Shown here in pieces: positions 38,821 to 49,924 of a stretch of 64,000 nt of DNA; positions within the stretch are counted from its first letter, which is position 1; every line of letters begins with the position of its first letter. The notes beneath the pieces were generated by a model. That model ran no database searches. It worked only from the letters and a program-made list of their open reading frames with translations, and was not told where the DNA came from. Source of the DNA: Ignisphaera sp. (lineage in GTDB: Archaea > Thermoproteota > Thermoprotei_A > Sulfolobales > Ignisphaeraceae); the NCBI GenBank assembly GCA_038889075.1, contig JAWAHS010000007.1, positions 1-64,000 of the forward strand. Direction: 5' to 3'. A program made the translations under genes and the position numbers.

Positions 38821-39630
38821 GTATCACCATCTAGTAATTTGAGTTGGATATATTAAAATTGCTCTAAGAGATTTATAAATTTTTTGAGATCTGCATGAAG
38901 AATATGAATATGAATCGTTTATCTATCAATATAGTCAGGAACGTATTAATCTACTTAATACTTTTAGTATATTGCAAGACTGGTACTGGAAGCAGCTCTA
39001 GTAGCTGCTGGATATATCTCTAAAAGATATTTACCAAATCTAATACAGAACTTTGGAGTTGTTTGATAGTGTTTAATAGACCTATTAGGATTTGGACCCT
39101 TGACCTGCTCTTTTTCAGTTTCTCTAAACTAGTAGTAAACAATTATCTTTAGAACTTTATTCAGTAAAAATAACTATCAACTCTTTACCTAAAGCTTTAC
39201 CTAAACCTAAAGTACTTACTTTCTTTAGCTTAATCAACTATAGGCGCTTTCCTTTAGATGATCCTAATATTACTCTAGAGTGGCATAGGTGAGCTAGTTG
39301 GAATAGTCTTGGGGAGTCTGGCCATGGGGTATAGATTTACTATAGAGAGAATTGGGGATCCCGCAGAGAAAGGGTGGAGGGAAGACCAGCATGATTGGTG
39401 GTGGATCCCAGGAAGTTTGCTTCATTAACCAGCTTACAGCTGGTTTAAGTTAGAATTGTTGCAGTAGGGTCTGGGAGACCATCTCTATATCCTTATGCAG
39501 TTGGCCAGCCCGGGCTACACTAGATTACTGAAAGGTGTGAGGGAGTATGTAGGAGAACCTATTTTAGGTTAGGATATCTGGGTCCAGCTATACAGGGGGT
39601 ATGGTGGTATCTCCGAATCGCTGTACAGCT

Positions 39631-40527
39631 CTATGGGTATAGGAGGTGGTCTATTCTAATAAATTTCTTTGGTATTTCAGCCCTTACACCTTTTACAGGG
39701 TCTACAACCTGATTTACTCTGATATCAACTATTAAGCTTGAGAGCATGTATGCCTCCTCAAAGCCTGTGTTAAGAGCTCTTGAAAGTATAGAGACAGCTT
39801 CTTCAGAAGCTCTATAGACTGCCTCATCTAGATCTACCCCAAATGTAATTACAGCATATCTATCTGGGGTTTCAATTACTGGGTACCGGGGCCTTCTCCC
39901 CTTTATCAAATCGAGCTTCACCTGAACCTCCCCAGAGACTTCAGCTGCAGCTACACAGAGTTCCCCATCAGCCTGAACCGCATGTAGGTCTCCTATAGCT
40001 AGAAGAGCACCTTCAACAAAGACCGGTAGGTAGACTCTGGCCCCAGCGGACAACAGCTTTACATCCATATTACCCCCATGGTATCCAGAGGTACCCGTAG
40101 GGATATCGCCATCCTCAGGTGCTACACCAATCACACCCACCATAGGCCTTACACCAATCTCCACACCGTTAAAGAGAAGCACACCATTTCTAATCTCTAC
40201 AATTTTAGCCCTAGATCTAAAGCTCTTATCATAGAGAGCACCAAAGCCGGGCACCACCAATATAACCCCACGGTCTGAGACCTCTATAGACTCAATTTCA
40301 ACAACAAGTGTATCACCTGGTTCAGCACCCTCTACGTATAGGGGGCCTGTAGCTGGATTGACCCTACTCCAGTCTATAGACTCCAGAGACACACCCTCAT
40401 CAATAATCTGACCACCTAAAGCATCAAGAGTTTCAAAGACTATACGATCACCAGGTCTAGCCCTATATCTAGCAGTATACCTTCTAGAGAAGCTGTATAT
40501 AATATAGTCCCTCGGAATTCTAATCAT
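39631..40527 (-). CDS. Acetamidase/formamidase-family protein
   Basis: NPATGPLYVEGAEPGD, HGGNMD, GDLHAVQADGE; start moved to MIRIPRD. Confidence 0.9.
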   Translation of the reverse strand: MIRIPRDYIIYSFSRRYTARYRARPGDRIVFETLDALGGQIIDEGVSLESIDWSRVNPATGPLYVEGAEPGDTLVVEIESIEVSDRGVILVVPGFGALYDKSFRSRAKIVEIRNGVLLFNGVEIGVRPMVGVIGVAPEDGDIPTGTSGYHGGNMDVKLLSAGARVYLPVFVEGALLAIGDLHAVQADGELCVAAAEVSGEVQVKLDLIKGRRPRYPVIETPDRYAVITFGVDLDEAVYRASEEAVSILSRALNTGFEEAYMLSSLIVDIRVNQVVDPVKGVRAEIPKKFIRIDHLLYP

Positions 40528-41095
40528 TTCCACCAGCCTCAAAATAATGCTATAGAGAGCTGCACTTAAAAACCAATCAGGGGGAAGCCGCTTAGCGTAG
40601 TAGGCCTTACACAGCCCCAATACACCTTCCGAACAAATTGGAGAGGCTAGAGCTAGCCCACGAGGGCTCTGGATATAGAGATACACCTAGGTGCAATAGT
40701 GTGCAGCCCGACCCCTCTACTAGAACTCTATTGTGATACTGTTTAGCCCACAGTAGATAGAGGAGCTGAAAATACTGTCCATCTATAATGCTCTAGTGGA
40801 GGGAAATCAATTCTAAAGAGGCTAACAGCTAGAGTGTACATATATCGCTATAGAACTAGAATTCCATGGGGTCAGGGTCTAGCTACAGCCATTGATAAGC
40901 TATTGATATAGGTAGTTAGGACGGGCTTTTACACTATTTAGCCTATGGAATTTCATAGCACTGCGGATTCTCCAGCAGTACTGAATTTAAATACTATGTA
41001 TAATTGGTTAGAAAAACAAAATATTCTATGAAGAGTTTTATTCATATGAGTAAAATTTATAAACCGGTTCTTATAGAGTATCTACTGGTGGTTGT

Positions 41096-41791
41096 ATGCC
41101 TGGGCAAATCCCTCTAATAGGTGAGAAGTTCCCTGAAATGACTGTAGTTACAACACATGGTCTTAAGAAGCTACCTGACGACTATGCTGGTAAGTGGCTT
41201 GTGTTATTCAGCCATCCAGCCGACTTTACACCTGTGTGCACCACTGAGTTTGTAGCATTTGCAAAGAGGTATGAGGACTTTAGAAAGCTTAATGTAGAGC
41301 TGCTGGGGCATAGTGTTGACAGCAGCTTTAGCCACATTAAGTGGCTTGAGTGGATTGAAAAGAATCTAGGGGTAAAGATACCATTTCCAGTTATTGCCGA
41401 CCCTGGTGCTGAGGTGGCAAAGAAGCTTGGCTTTCTCCACGCTCAGAGTGCAACCCATACTGTTAGAGCAGTATTTATAGTGGATCCAAATGGCGTTATA
41501 AGGGTAGTGCTGTACTATCCACAGGAGCTTGGAAGAAATATCGATGAGATTTTAAGGATTATAGTAGGGCTTCAGGTTAGTGAAAAACTAGCTGCAGCTA
41601 TACCAGCCAACTGGCCAAATAATGAACTGGTGGGGGATAGAGTGATAGTACCTCCAGCAAGAACAGTTGATGAAGCAGCAGAGAGAGTTAAGAAGTATAC
41701 ATGCTATGACTGGTGGCTGTGCCACAAGGAGGGTATAGCGGAATGTGCTGAGATGGCTAGAGCTTTCCTAAAGAGGATAGCTGGAGTCTAG
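41096..41791 (+). CDS. Peroxiredoxin (archaeal Prx6/AhpC type)
   Basis: [30 protein letters not shown]. Confidence 0.95.
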   Translation: MPGQIPLIGEKFPEMTVVTTHGLKKLPDDYAGKWLVLFSHPADFTPVCTTEFVAFAKRYEDFRKLNVELLGHSVDSSFSHIKWLEWIEKNLGVKIPFPVIADPGAEVAKKLGFLHAQSATHTVRAVFIVDPNGVIRVVLYYPQELGRNIDEILRIIVGLQVSEKLAAAIPANWPNNELVGDRVIVPPARTVDEAAERVKKYTCYDWWLCHKEGIAECAEMARAFLKRIAGV

Positions 41792-41915
41792 TCCAGATAG
41801 CCAAAGGCCTCTCCACCAAAAACAGCTTTTTTAACAACCTAGTATGGCTGTCTCTACTCTGCTTACTGTTCCTGACATCCATGCTGGTTGATCGGCTCTA
41901 TGGTGTGTTTAGTCT

Positions 41916-42902
41916 CTATAGTTTGGCTGGTTTGTACTCCCTAAGATGCACTATATCTCCAGCTACTACCCTCTTCACCTCTCCACTTCCAACTCTTATG
42001 AGAAGTGCCCCATCTTCATCCAGACCCACTGCTACACCCTCTATCTCCTCATCGGGTGTCAATGCCCTTACCCTCCTACCTATTGTTGAACTGTATAGAG
42101 TCCACTCACCCAATATATCCGCTAGACTACCCTCTGTGATCCTCCTATATGCAGAGTCTATCTCTCTAATTATACTCTTTAGTAGTGGTGCCCTTGGTAC
42201 CTCCACCCCTACAACACTCTTTAGTGCTATAGCGCTATCCTGTAGCTCTGGTGGAAGACTGTTATTTACATTAACCCCAATGCCGAGCATTATATGGTGT
42301 ACCCTATCTGCCTCAGCTCTAGCCTCTATCAGAATTCCACACACCTTCTTTTCACCAATCAGGACATCGTTTGGCCACTTAACCCTTGCATCTATATTGA
42401 GGAGACCTCTAATTGATTTAGCGACGGCGACGCCACTTGCTAGTGAGAATAGCTGAAGTGATTTTATGGAGGGGGGTCTGAGTAGAACTGTAAGCCATAG
42501 ACCGCCCTCATCTGCTTCCCATCTCCTCCCAAGCCTGCCCCTGCCCCTGGAGAGCCTCTCACACACAACAGTAGTGCCCTCTGGTGCTCCCTCTCTAGCC
42601 AGTGCATCCACCACATCCTGGGTCGAACTACACTCCCTCATATACTCAACCCTGTAGGTGGTAAACCCCCTATATATCTCCCTACCACCAACCCTCTCCA
42701 AGTCGTTGTGGACAACAATTCTATAGCCTAGCCTTGGGTGGCTCTCTACAACAAACCCCATATCCTCGAGTTCCCTAATCAACCTATTTACAGTAGCCCT
42801 AGAGACACCGAGTAGCTGAGCTATCTTTGAACCACTAACAAAACCCTCAGACGACATCAGTATCCTAACCAGCTCTACTCTAAATCCACCAGCCATACAC
42901 AT
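41916..42902 (-). CDS. birA: Biotin-protein ligase with N-terminal HTH
   Basis: VSGSKIA HTH, GRGRLGRRW, KWPND, KVCGIL. Confidence 0.93.
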   Translation of the reverse strand: MCMAGGFRVELVRILMSSEGFVSGSKIAQLLGVSRATVNRLIRELEDMGFVVESHPRLGYRIVVHNDLERVGGREIYRGFTTYRVEYMRECSSTQDVVDALAREGAPEGTTVVCERLSRGRGRLGRRWEADEGGLWLTVLLRPPSIKSLQLFSLASGVAVAKSIRGLLNIDARVKWPNDVLIGEKKVCGILIEARAEADRVHHIMLGIGVNVNNSLPPELQDSAIALKSVVGVEVPRAPLLKSIIREIDSAYRRITEGSLADILGEWTLYSSTIGRRVRALTPDEEIEGVAVGLDEDGALLIRVGSGEVKRVVAGDIVHLREYKPAKL

Positions 42903-43037
42903 CCAATATAGTGTAGCCTAATCTACACCTAAATACTTTGAGGTCTACAGATATGTTGAAGGTGGTACCTCTTCTCCAGCAACACCTATACCATCTATAG
43001 AAATATTTATTAAATTCTGTGGACAGCAGCTATCTGG

Positions 43038-43943
43038 GTGCCCCCTGTGGCAAAGATAAGATTTGGGTTAAATCTTAGTTGGGCTGTTAAGAGGTGGCCT
43101 ATGCCTGAAGACTGGAGTGAAATCGTGGCAAGACTTGATGTAAAGTATGTGCAGTTTTCATTTGATCTCCTCGACCCTAGAGCCCTAAGCCATGTAGTCG
43201 AGCATATGGCTGGGCTTCTAGTTGATGCCGTAAGAAAGTATGGAATAACAGTACACTCGACCTTTACAGGCCTAGGGGCATACTCATTTAACATGCTTTC
43301 ACATCCAGATCCCCTAATGAGGCAGGACGCCCTCGACTGGTATATGCATGCAGTAGACTTTACATCTAAGATAGGGGTAAGAGCAACAGGTGGACATATA
43401 GCAGCTAAGAGTGTGAGAGACTTTACCAATCCCCAGAGGAGAGAGTATCTAGATGCTGTGCTTATAGACTATATAAGGGCTCTGAGGAGGTATGCACAGT
43501 ATAAAGGGCTTGAGATGATTCTATGGGAGCCCATGCCGGTTGCGAGAGAGCCTCCGTGGACAATGGACGAGACTAAGGCAGTCCTCTCAAAGGCAAACGT
43601 TGGTGGAGGTGCTCAAGTAAAACTCAATATAGACGTGGGTCACCAGTGTACATTGAAGGGAACCGATGCAGATCCCTATGAGTGGCTAAGGAGATTCGCA
43701 CCCGAGTCTCCCTCTATACATATCCAGCAGACGGATGGTAAGGGCGATAGACACTGGCCATTTACAGAAGAATACAATAGGATAGGGATAATACAGCCTG
43801 AAAAGCTTATTGAAGCAATAGATGCCTCCGGTGCTAGAGAAGTATATCTTCTACTAGAGTACATACCTCCATTTGAGGCACCGGATGATGAGGTACTAAG
43901 AAATCTAGAGGTATCAGTAAGATATCTACAGCAGTACTTTTAA
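43038..43943 (+). CDS. TIM-barrel sugar(-phosphate) isomerase/epimerase (EryC-like)
   Basis: WAVKRWP, WEPM, DVGH, HIQQTDG..DRHWPF, LLEY. Confidence 0.8.
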   Translation: MPPVAKIRFGLNLSWAVKRWPMPEDWSEIVARLDVKYVQFSFDLLDPRALSHVVEHMAGLLVDAVRKYGITVHSTFTGLGAYSFNMLSHPDPLMRQDALDWYMHAVDFTSKIGVRATGGHIAAKSVRDFTNPQRREYLDAVLIDYIRALRRYAQYKGLEMILWEPMPVAREPPWTMDETKAVLSKANVGGGAQVKLNIDVGHQCTLKGTDADPYEWLRRFAPESPSIHIQQTDGKGDRHWPFTEEYNRIGIIQPEKLIEAIDASGAREVYLLLEYIPPFEAPDDEVLRNLEVSVRYLQQYF

Positions 43944-44012
43944 ATAAAAATAAAAATAGCTGGAAAGACCCAACCTTTTACTTTTTAACATAATATTTTG
44001 TGTAGGCTATGT

Positions 44013-45524
44013 TTAGCTGAAGTGTTTCGCCATTTCCTCATTTCCAGGCATCTTCAGTATAGCATCTATAGTATCCTCAACCTGTTTGGTGCTCTTTGTT
44101 CTAACATCGACAATTAGCCAGTTGAATAGCGTATCCCTACCACCCTTTAGGTTCGCCTCCAGTGCCCATTCCATCCTCATCAATCTTGGAAGGATGGCGT
44201 ATCTATATACCTTGCTAGGTAGGCTACCCACCTGTTTTGCATGGATACCCTTTCCATCAACTCTAGCTGGGATTTCAACCACTACATTGTTTGGTATCTC
44301 CGGTATCGCTCCACTGTTCACTATATTGATGTATATTGGTGCGTACAAGGGTTTTGGTCCTGGAACTGGAAGTGGATATCTATCGGTAGGTTTATCGTTA
44401 TATATAGAGTCTATGAGTGTTGCAATCACTTCACCACTGGGTTTTGGAGGTATTGAGCTTGTAATAGGCTTTGATGTATCGTAGACTATTCTAGCCATCT
44501 CATCAACATTTCTTCTAACAATCAGCACTCTGAATGCATATCCGATCTCCGAATCCGGTCCTCCATATGGACCGTACCAGTACTGTTTTGTTTTTAGATC
44601 CCAGTGGTACTTCCATGTACCACCCCTAACGCTATCGCCAATCGGTAGGTATCCGTATGTCTTATACATATCTATAGCGGCTGGACACAGATCCAGGTCC
44701 CATGGGTTTACGGTACTCTCTCTCCAGATCCTCCAATACTCCTCCGCATCCTCCTTAATCCACTCATCTAGGTATCTATAGGCGTTCTCCCCCCTGTACC
44801 TAAACTTGGTTAGCCATATAACGTGGTTAAGACCTGCCATCTCGAATTCCAGCTCATTGAAATCGATAAGCTTTATTATGCTTTCTATGCATTCATATTG
44901 ATGTGCTGCACATGCAGGTGTTATGCTCTTTTTGAGAACCTCCTTTGCAAGCCTCATAGCTAGAATCTCGATGGCTGCTCTAAATCCTAGAAATCCATGG
45001 CATATACCAGCAACCTTTACCTTAGTCTCCCGGCTGATCATTGTGGATAGTTCTAGCACTGGATTGGAGACTATAAAGAACCATGCATTTGGTGCAAGCT
45101 CCTCAATATCTCTTGCAATACTTAGGTGTTCCTTGAACTGGTAGTAGCCCCATATTGTGTGGTAATCTCCAACATAATTCCATTCAACACTATTGATACC
45201 ATATCTATAGCCGTGCTCCTCAGAAATGCTCCTCATAGTTTCATAGTATGTGTATCCCTTTACAAGAACTGTTGAGATGATAAAGTCAGCATCCCTTATA
45301 GCCTCCCTTCTATCCTTAGTTGCATAGACTTTTGTTGGAAGCTTAAGCTCCTCGACATACCTCTTAGCAAAGGTTGCAATAATGTCGAGTCTACGGTCGT
45401 CAATATCCATAAGCCATATTTCAGAGTTCTGAAGATCCTTATTAGTAAATATATCAATCAATATCCTACTTGTCCATCTAGCACTACCCGCACCTATGAA
45501 AGATACTTTCGGTCCTCTAGCCAT
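44013..45524 (-). CDS. GH4 NAD+-dependent alpha-glucosidase/alpha-galactosidase
   Basis: IGAGSA, SNP, GICHG, AGLNHVIW. Confidence 0.92.
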   Translation of the reverse strand: MARGPKVSFIGAGSARWTSRILIDIFTNKDLQNSEIWLMDIDDRRLDIIATFAKRYVEELKLPTKVYATKDRREAIRDADFIISTVLVKGYTYYETMRSISEEHGYRYGINSVEWNYVGDYHTIWGYYQFKEHLSIARDIEELAPNAWFFIVSNPVLELSTMISRETKVKVAGICHGFLGFRAAIEILAMRLAKEVLKKSITPACAAHQYECIESIIKLIDFNELEFEMAGLNHVIWLTKFRYRGENAYRYLDEWIKEDAEEYWRIWRESTVNPWDLDLCPAAIDMYKTYGYLPIGDSVRGGTWKYHWDLKTKQYWYGPYGGPDSEIGYAFRVLIVRRNVDEMARIVYDTSKPITSSIPPKPSGEVIATLIDSIYNDKPTDRYPLPVPGPKPLYAPIYINIVNSGAIPEIPNNVVVEIPARVDGKGIHAKQVGSLPSKVYRYAILPRLMRMEWALEANLKGGRDTLFNWLIVDVRTKSTKQVEDTIDAILKMPGNEEMAKHFS

Positions 45525-45920
45525 GCATCCAGCACCGATAAGCTTTCGAGTGAGCTACCTATATAAATCCTTATCTGTACACATGATTTAGGTATCCCCT
45601 ATGATTTATCAGGAATACTAAACAGTTGCATGTTATGCTAACGGGCTTCTTACCTACATAGGATTCGCTGGAAATTTAATTAATTAACTAGAGCTAGGCA
45701 GCTAGATGCTATGAATTTCCCAGACGTTTTCTAAAGGTAAAGGTGTATTATTTACAGAAGCATTGCATATCCAATGAGATATCCATATTAGCAGGACTTT
45801 TTCCAGTGTAATACAATGAAATAGCATTCATATCAATTGGCCAACTCTATATATCTGCAATACGGTGTTCAGAGAAAAATGCCTATCTCTACATCCCACT
45901 ATAGCATCTATATTTCAAGT

Positions 45921-46667
45921 TTAGTACCTGTATATCGCTACTCCCTTGCTTTTTGCATAGGATTCCACCTCTCTACCTATCATCACCCCAGTTACGATTG
46001 GCACCACTGGTTTTCCCACCCTCTGCTGGACTATGTCAGCTTTTACTAAGACCACACCGATATCCTCTATTGAGGGTTTTGTCTTTACTTCAATAACGTA
46101 AGCAGCTCTATCTGTTTCTATGAATAGATCTACCTCTACACCATCGAAATCGGCATTCCTCTGCTTAGATACTATTTTCTCACCTCTAACCGAAATCTCC
46201 TCCCTGAGGTCTTCCAAAACATACCTACTATAAACTGTTTCTGAAAGAGCTCCCAACTCCATCTCTATACGGGAAAACCTTCTATTAGCCTCATCCCACC
46301 TCTTCTCTTCAAGTTTAACAAATTCTAGAAAGTCTTCTCTAAGTTTCTTCAACTCAAGCTCTATAGCCTCAAACCTCTTATAAGCCTCCTCCCATCTTCT
46401 ATTGTTTTCTTCCCATCTCTTGTTGTTCTCCTCCCATCTTTTGAAGTTCTCCTCCCACTTTCTATCATTCTCCTCCCATCTTCTATTGTTTTCTTCCCAA
46501 CGCTTCTCCTGTTCTTTGATATATAGTAGGAAATCGCTTCTAAGATTCCTCAGTTCAGAAATTACTGTATCTAGGCCTAGAAGTCCGGCAACAGCATATC
46601 TAAACTCGGCATCCTCCTCCAAAGCTTTCAAAAACCTAACCTTCTCATCGCTACTAAGAGTAGCCAT
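45921..46667 (-). CDS. Coiled-coil protein with C-terminal PD-(D/E)XK (DUF3782-like) domain
   Basis: FLKALEEDAEFRYAVAGLLG N-terminus, RWEENN heptads, EVDLFIE...IEVK; start moved to MATLSS. Confidence 0.85.
   Translation of the reverse strand: MATLSSDEKVRFLKALEEDAEFRYAVAGLLGLDTVISELRNLRSDFLLYIKEQEKRWEENNRRWEENDRKWEENFKRWEENNKRWEENNRRWEEAYKRFEAIELELKKLREDFLEFVKLEEKRWDEANRRFSRIEMELGALSETVYSRYVLEDLREEISVRGEKIVSKQRNADFDGVEVDLFIETDRAAYVIEVKTKPSIEDIGVVLVKADIVQQRVGKPVVPIVTGVMIGREVESYAKSKGVAIYRY
46380..46505 (-). repeat. Six 21-bp coding tandem repeats ([KR][RK]WEE[NA]x)
   Basis: KRWEENN RRWEEND RKWEENF KRWEENN KRWEENN RRWEEAY. Confidence 0.85.
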
Positions 46668-47599
46668 AGATATAGACCGTGAGAGTTTAGTGAAGAGAAG
46701 CTTATAAGCATTAAGTCTGTGCATACTTTTAGTGTACAGTATATTGAAGAAATTATTCTGTGTTTAGACCTCCTTCCAATTTTGAAGGTAGCGTTCCTTC
46801 CAAGAGTTCGCTAGTCCGGAGCTATATACCCCTGTCTCTGCCGGTTTTTAGACCTGTTTTCAATCCTAGACATATTTTTACTACTTCATGTAGTATGGAG
46901 CTCGAGGACCGGGTTTCGCATCTGCTATTGCATGTTCCTACTAGGTCTATACTAAATACTTTGTTTTGACTGTGGAATTTAGGAATACTCTGTATTTTTT
47001 CCTATGGCTACATATTTTGATGTCTTTCCCTACCTCTATACTCAAAACAGCTATACTATATCCCTCCACAACCTCTCTAATTTCCTATTTAGCAGCTATC
47101 CGTATGTCCACATTCGAATAACCTTGAAATTAATAGAGTTTTCTCTATTCTGTAAAATGTACTTTAGGCAACCTACAACTACCTTCGAAACACTAAGCAT
47201 GTGAAGATTGACGGTATAGACCTCAATGAAATGGAGCCTTGAAGTTTGTGAGGCTAAGGGTGTAAGAGCAGTTTGATACCGATGGATAAATAACTGCAAC
47301 GAAATCCAAATTCCTACTTTTTGCAATTTTAAGGTATATATACTTCCTTTTGTATCCAGTGAATGTAAACTCCTACACAAATGTAGTATACAAAGATAGA
47401 ATAGGTGGTGGCTCTCACTACAGTGCTACTTCTTCTATAAGTAATAGTGTTGGTAGAGTTTTGTTTTGCTATATCATGCTTCGGTTTGCTGATGTATAAA
47501 GGAAATCACGGGAAGGTGATGAAGGGGTTTGCCAAAAAATATTTGGTTTTCTCCACCCTGTATATTCCATGGATTGATATCCAAGTTCGTGTCTCTACT

Positions 47600-49681
47600 C
47601 TATTTAACTGAAAGTATCTTTACATCGTGTGCTCTTAGTGGTAGCTCTATTTTACCTGGTTCTATCTTTTTATCCGTTAGTAGATCGGTAACCTCAGTTA
47701 TATTTTTTAATTCGAATTTCGCCTTTCTATCCGTAGCTCCGTGGTTGATTATGAATATCAGTTTCCCTGTACCCATAACTCTAGCGTAGTACTCTATACT
47801 AGGATCGTAATCATCTTCATGGATTATAGGGGCTATGTTTTTGAATACTAGTATCTCTTTTACAAGGTTTGTGAGGACGTCCTGTGGTAGAACCGTGCCT
47901 ATTGCTATCGTTTCACCTTTACCATATGTATTTAGTGTTACTATGGGTTCGTCCGATAGCCAGCTCCATTTTGTATAGGCAATGGGGTTTGCCGTTACTA
48001 GTTCGTATACCTCTAGCCATGAGCTTCCACGTACTGTCATACCATGCATTATTGGGCTCCACTCTGTGAATTTAACTAGTGCCTCTGAATCTGCTGGTAG
48101 ACGTGTGTACTCTTTGATTTTTACCCCAGTGAGCTCCTGGATTTTAGTATCATCTATCCTAACCCTATTGTATTCGTCTTTTGTAAAAGCTCTTGGGGTA
48201 AGAAGTAGTACTCCACCTCTGTATACAAACTCCCTCAACCTATCTACGAGACCTCCATCTGCTAGGTATAGGAATGGTGCTACTATTACACCGTAGCTTT
48301 CAAATGTTGAATTGGGTGGTATAACATCTACTTCAACTCTATTTAGCCAGAGTGCTTTGTATGCCTTGATTAGTTCGCCTACATAACTGTGGCTATAGTA
48401 GCCCCTTTCAATAACATCTGCAGCCCAGAGTGAGTCATAGGATAGCAGTACTGCTGTCTTAGCCTCTACGGATGTTCCATCCACTGCTTTGCCAATCCTA
48501 TACAGCTCGCTAAAGACCTTCTCTACCTCGTTGAATCTTCTACGCGGTATACCATCGTGATCTAGAATACCGTGCCAGAATTGCTCCTTCCCTATACAGT
48601 TTGTACGCCAATTCCAAAACAGAACCCCCTCTGCTCCATGTGCTACTGCTTGATATACCCATTTCCTAATCTCCCCTGGTTCTGGGGATACCCCAAGTTT
48701 AAATACACCTATACCTTCAGGTGATACATATCCGTAGCCATCTGTTGCACCTGCTTGAAGCTCCATAACTATAAACCTTCTATTTCTAGACATATTTCGC
48801 GTAGCATCATAGATTAGAGCAATGAATGCAGGATCGTAGGTATCTGCTCCAAACTTTGGATATACATCCGTTGAACATACATCCAAATCTCTGCAGAGTT
48901 CATAGTAGTCTATCTCTGGATAAAGCCCCATTAGATTGGTTGTAACGAATTTATCTGGAGCTACCTCCTTTAGAATACTAGCTTGAAACCTTACATACTC
49001 CACCCAAGATAGCGATCTAAATCGAAGCCACTCAATTGTTAGAGATCTATTGTATAGATCGAATGGAGGTTTCGGAGGGGTAATTTCATCAAAATCGGTA
49101 AACCTATGACTCCATACAAGTGTACCCATAGCCTTATTCAGAGTATCTATATCTCCATATCTAGCCCTGAGATACTCCCTAAACCTAGCTATACAATAGG
49201 GACAGTAGCAGTATCTCCATGAACTCGCCTCACCCCAGTGAACCTCATTATCAATCTGGAAACCTATCACATTTCCATCGTCTCTAAATTCACTAGCAAG
49301 TCTACGTACAATCCTCTCCGTCAAAGTTCTATAGACAGGATTATTCGGACAGTACTCCCTCCTCACACCATACCGTGCAGGAACACCATTAAAATCAACC
49401 GGCAGTACATCAGGATACTTCTTAACAAGCCACGGAGGTGGGGTAGCCGTAGGAGTACCCAATACAACCCTAATACCGTTTCTACCATAGGAATCCACAA
49501 GCTCATGAAGCCACACAAAATCGTATCTACCCTCTATAGGTTCAAGTAAAGACCACGTAAATTCTGCAACTCTCACAACATTTAATCCGATCCTCTTCAT
49601 CAACTCCAGATCCTTAGCAAACACCTCAGAAGTCCACAGCTCAGGATAATGGGCAGCCCCAAGTAACAACACTCCCCTCAC
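47600..49681 (-). CDS. GH42 beta-galactosidase
   Basis: YPELW, AEFTWS, GTPTATPPPW, IDNE (acid/base), MELQ (nucleophile), EQFWHG. Confidence 0.93.
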   Translation of the reverse strand: MRGVLLLGAAHYPELWTSEVFAKDLELMKRIGLNVVRVAEFTWSLLEPIEGRYDFVWLHELVDSYGRNGIRVVLGTPTATPPPWLVKKYPDVLPVDFNGVPARYGVRREYCPNNPVYRTLTERIVRRLASEFRDDGNVIGFQIDNEVHWGEASSWRYCYCPYCIARFREYLRARYGDIDTLNKAMGTLVWSHRFTDFDEITPPKPPFDLYNRSLTIEWLRFRSLSWVEYVRFQASILKEVAPDKFVTTNLMGLYPEIDYYELCRDLDVCSTDVYPKFGADTYDPAFIALIYDATRNMSRNRRFIVMELQAGATDGYGYVSPEGIGVFKLGVSPEPGEIRKWVYQAVAHGAEGVLFWNWRTNCIGKEQFWHGILDHDGIPRRRFNEVEKVFSELYRIGKAVDGTSVEAKTAVLLSYDSLWAADVIERGYYSHSYVGELIKAYKALWLNRVEVDVIPPNSTFESYGVIVAPFLYLADGGLVDRLREFVYRGGVLLLTPRAFTKDEYNRVRIDDTKIQELTGVKIKEYTRLPADSEALVKFTEWSPIMHGMTVRGSSWLEVYELVTANPIAYTKWSWLSDEPIVTLNTYGKGETIAIGTVLPQDVLTNLVKEILVFKNIAPIIHEDDYDPSIEYYARVMGTGKLIFIINHGATDRKAKFELKNITEVTDLLTDKKIEPGKIELPLRAHDVKILSVK

Positions 49682-49924
49682 CTATACATTGCTATACCAT
49701 AAGACTCGGATCTTAAAAATTTTTACATAAATACAGAATTAGCAGATCCTGGGCAATTGAAATACAGGCTATATTGAGATTGAAAAATGAAACTTATATG
49801 GCATCGTTAGTTAAACTCTTTATATACTGCCATTCTCTCTCATTTTAGGAGTTTAACTGGTATCTTTAAATTGTGTGGATCAATGGTAAGTAATGTATTA
49901 GAGGTCTGATTATTAGGTGAGATA

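Noticed and set aside
39340-39410. Possible degenerate IS605 right end
   Set aside because: The resemblance is weak and the hairpin does not form convincingly
41881-42456. 191 aa plus-strand ORF, and similar short antisense ORFs throughout the track
   Set aside because: Lies opposite a well-supported gene (birA) and has no motifs
46380-46505. CRISPR array
   Set aside because: The repeats are contiguous 21-mers with no spacers, in frame within a CDS
46760-47500. Short ORFs in the intergenic stretch
   Set aside because: No motifs, conflicting strands, probably decayed DNA
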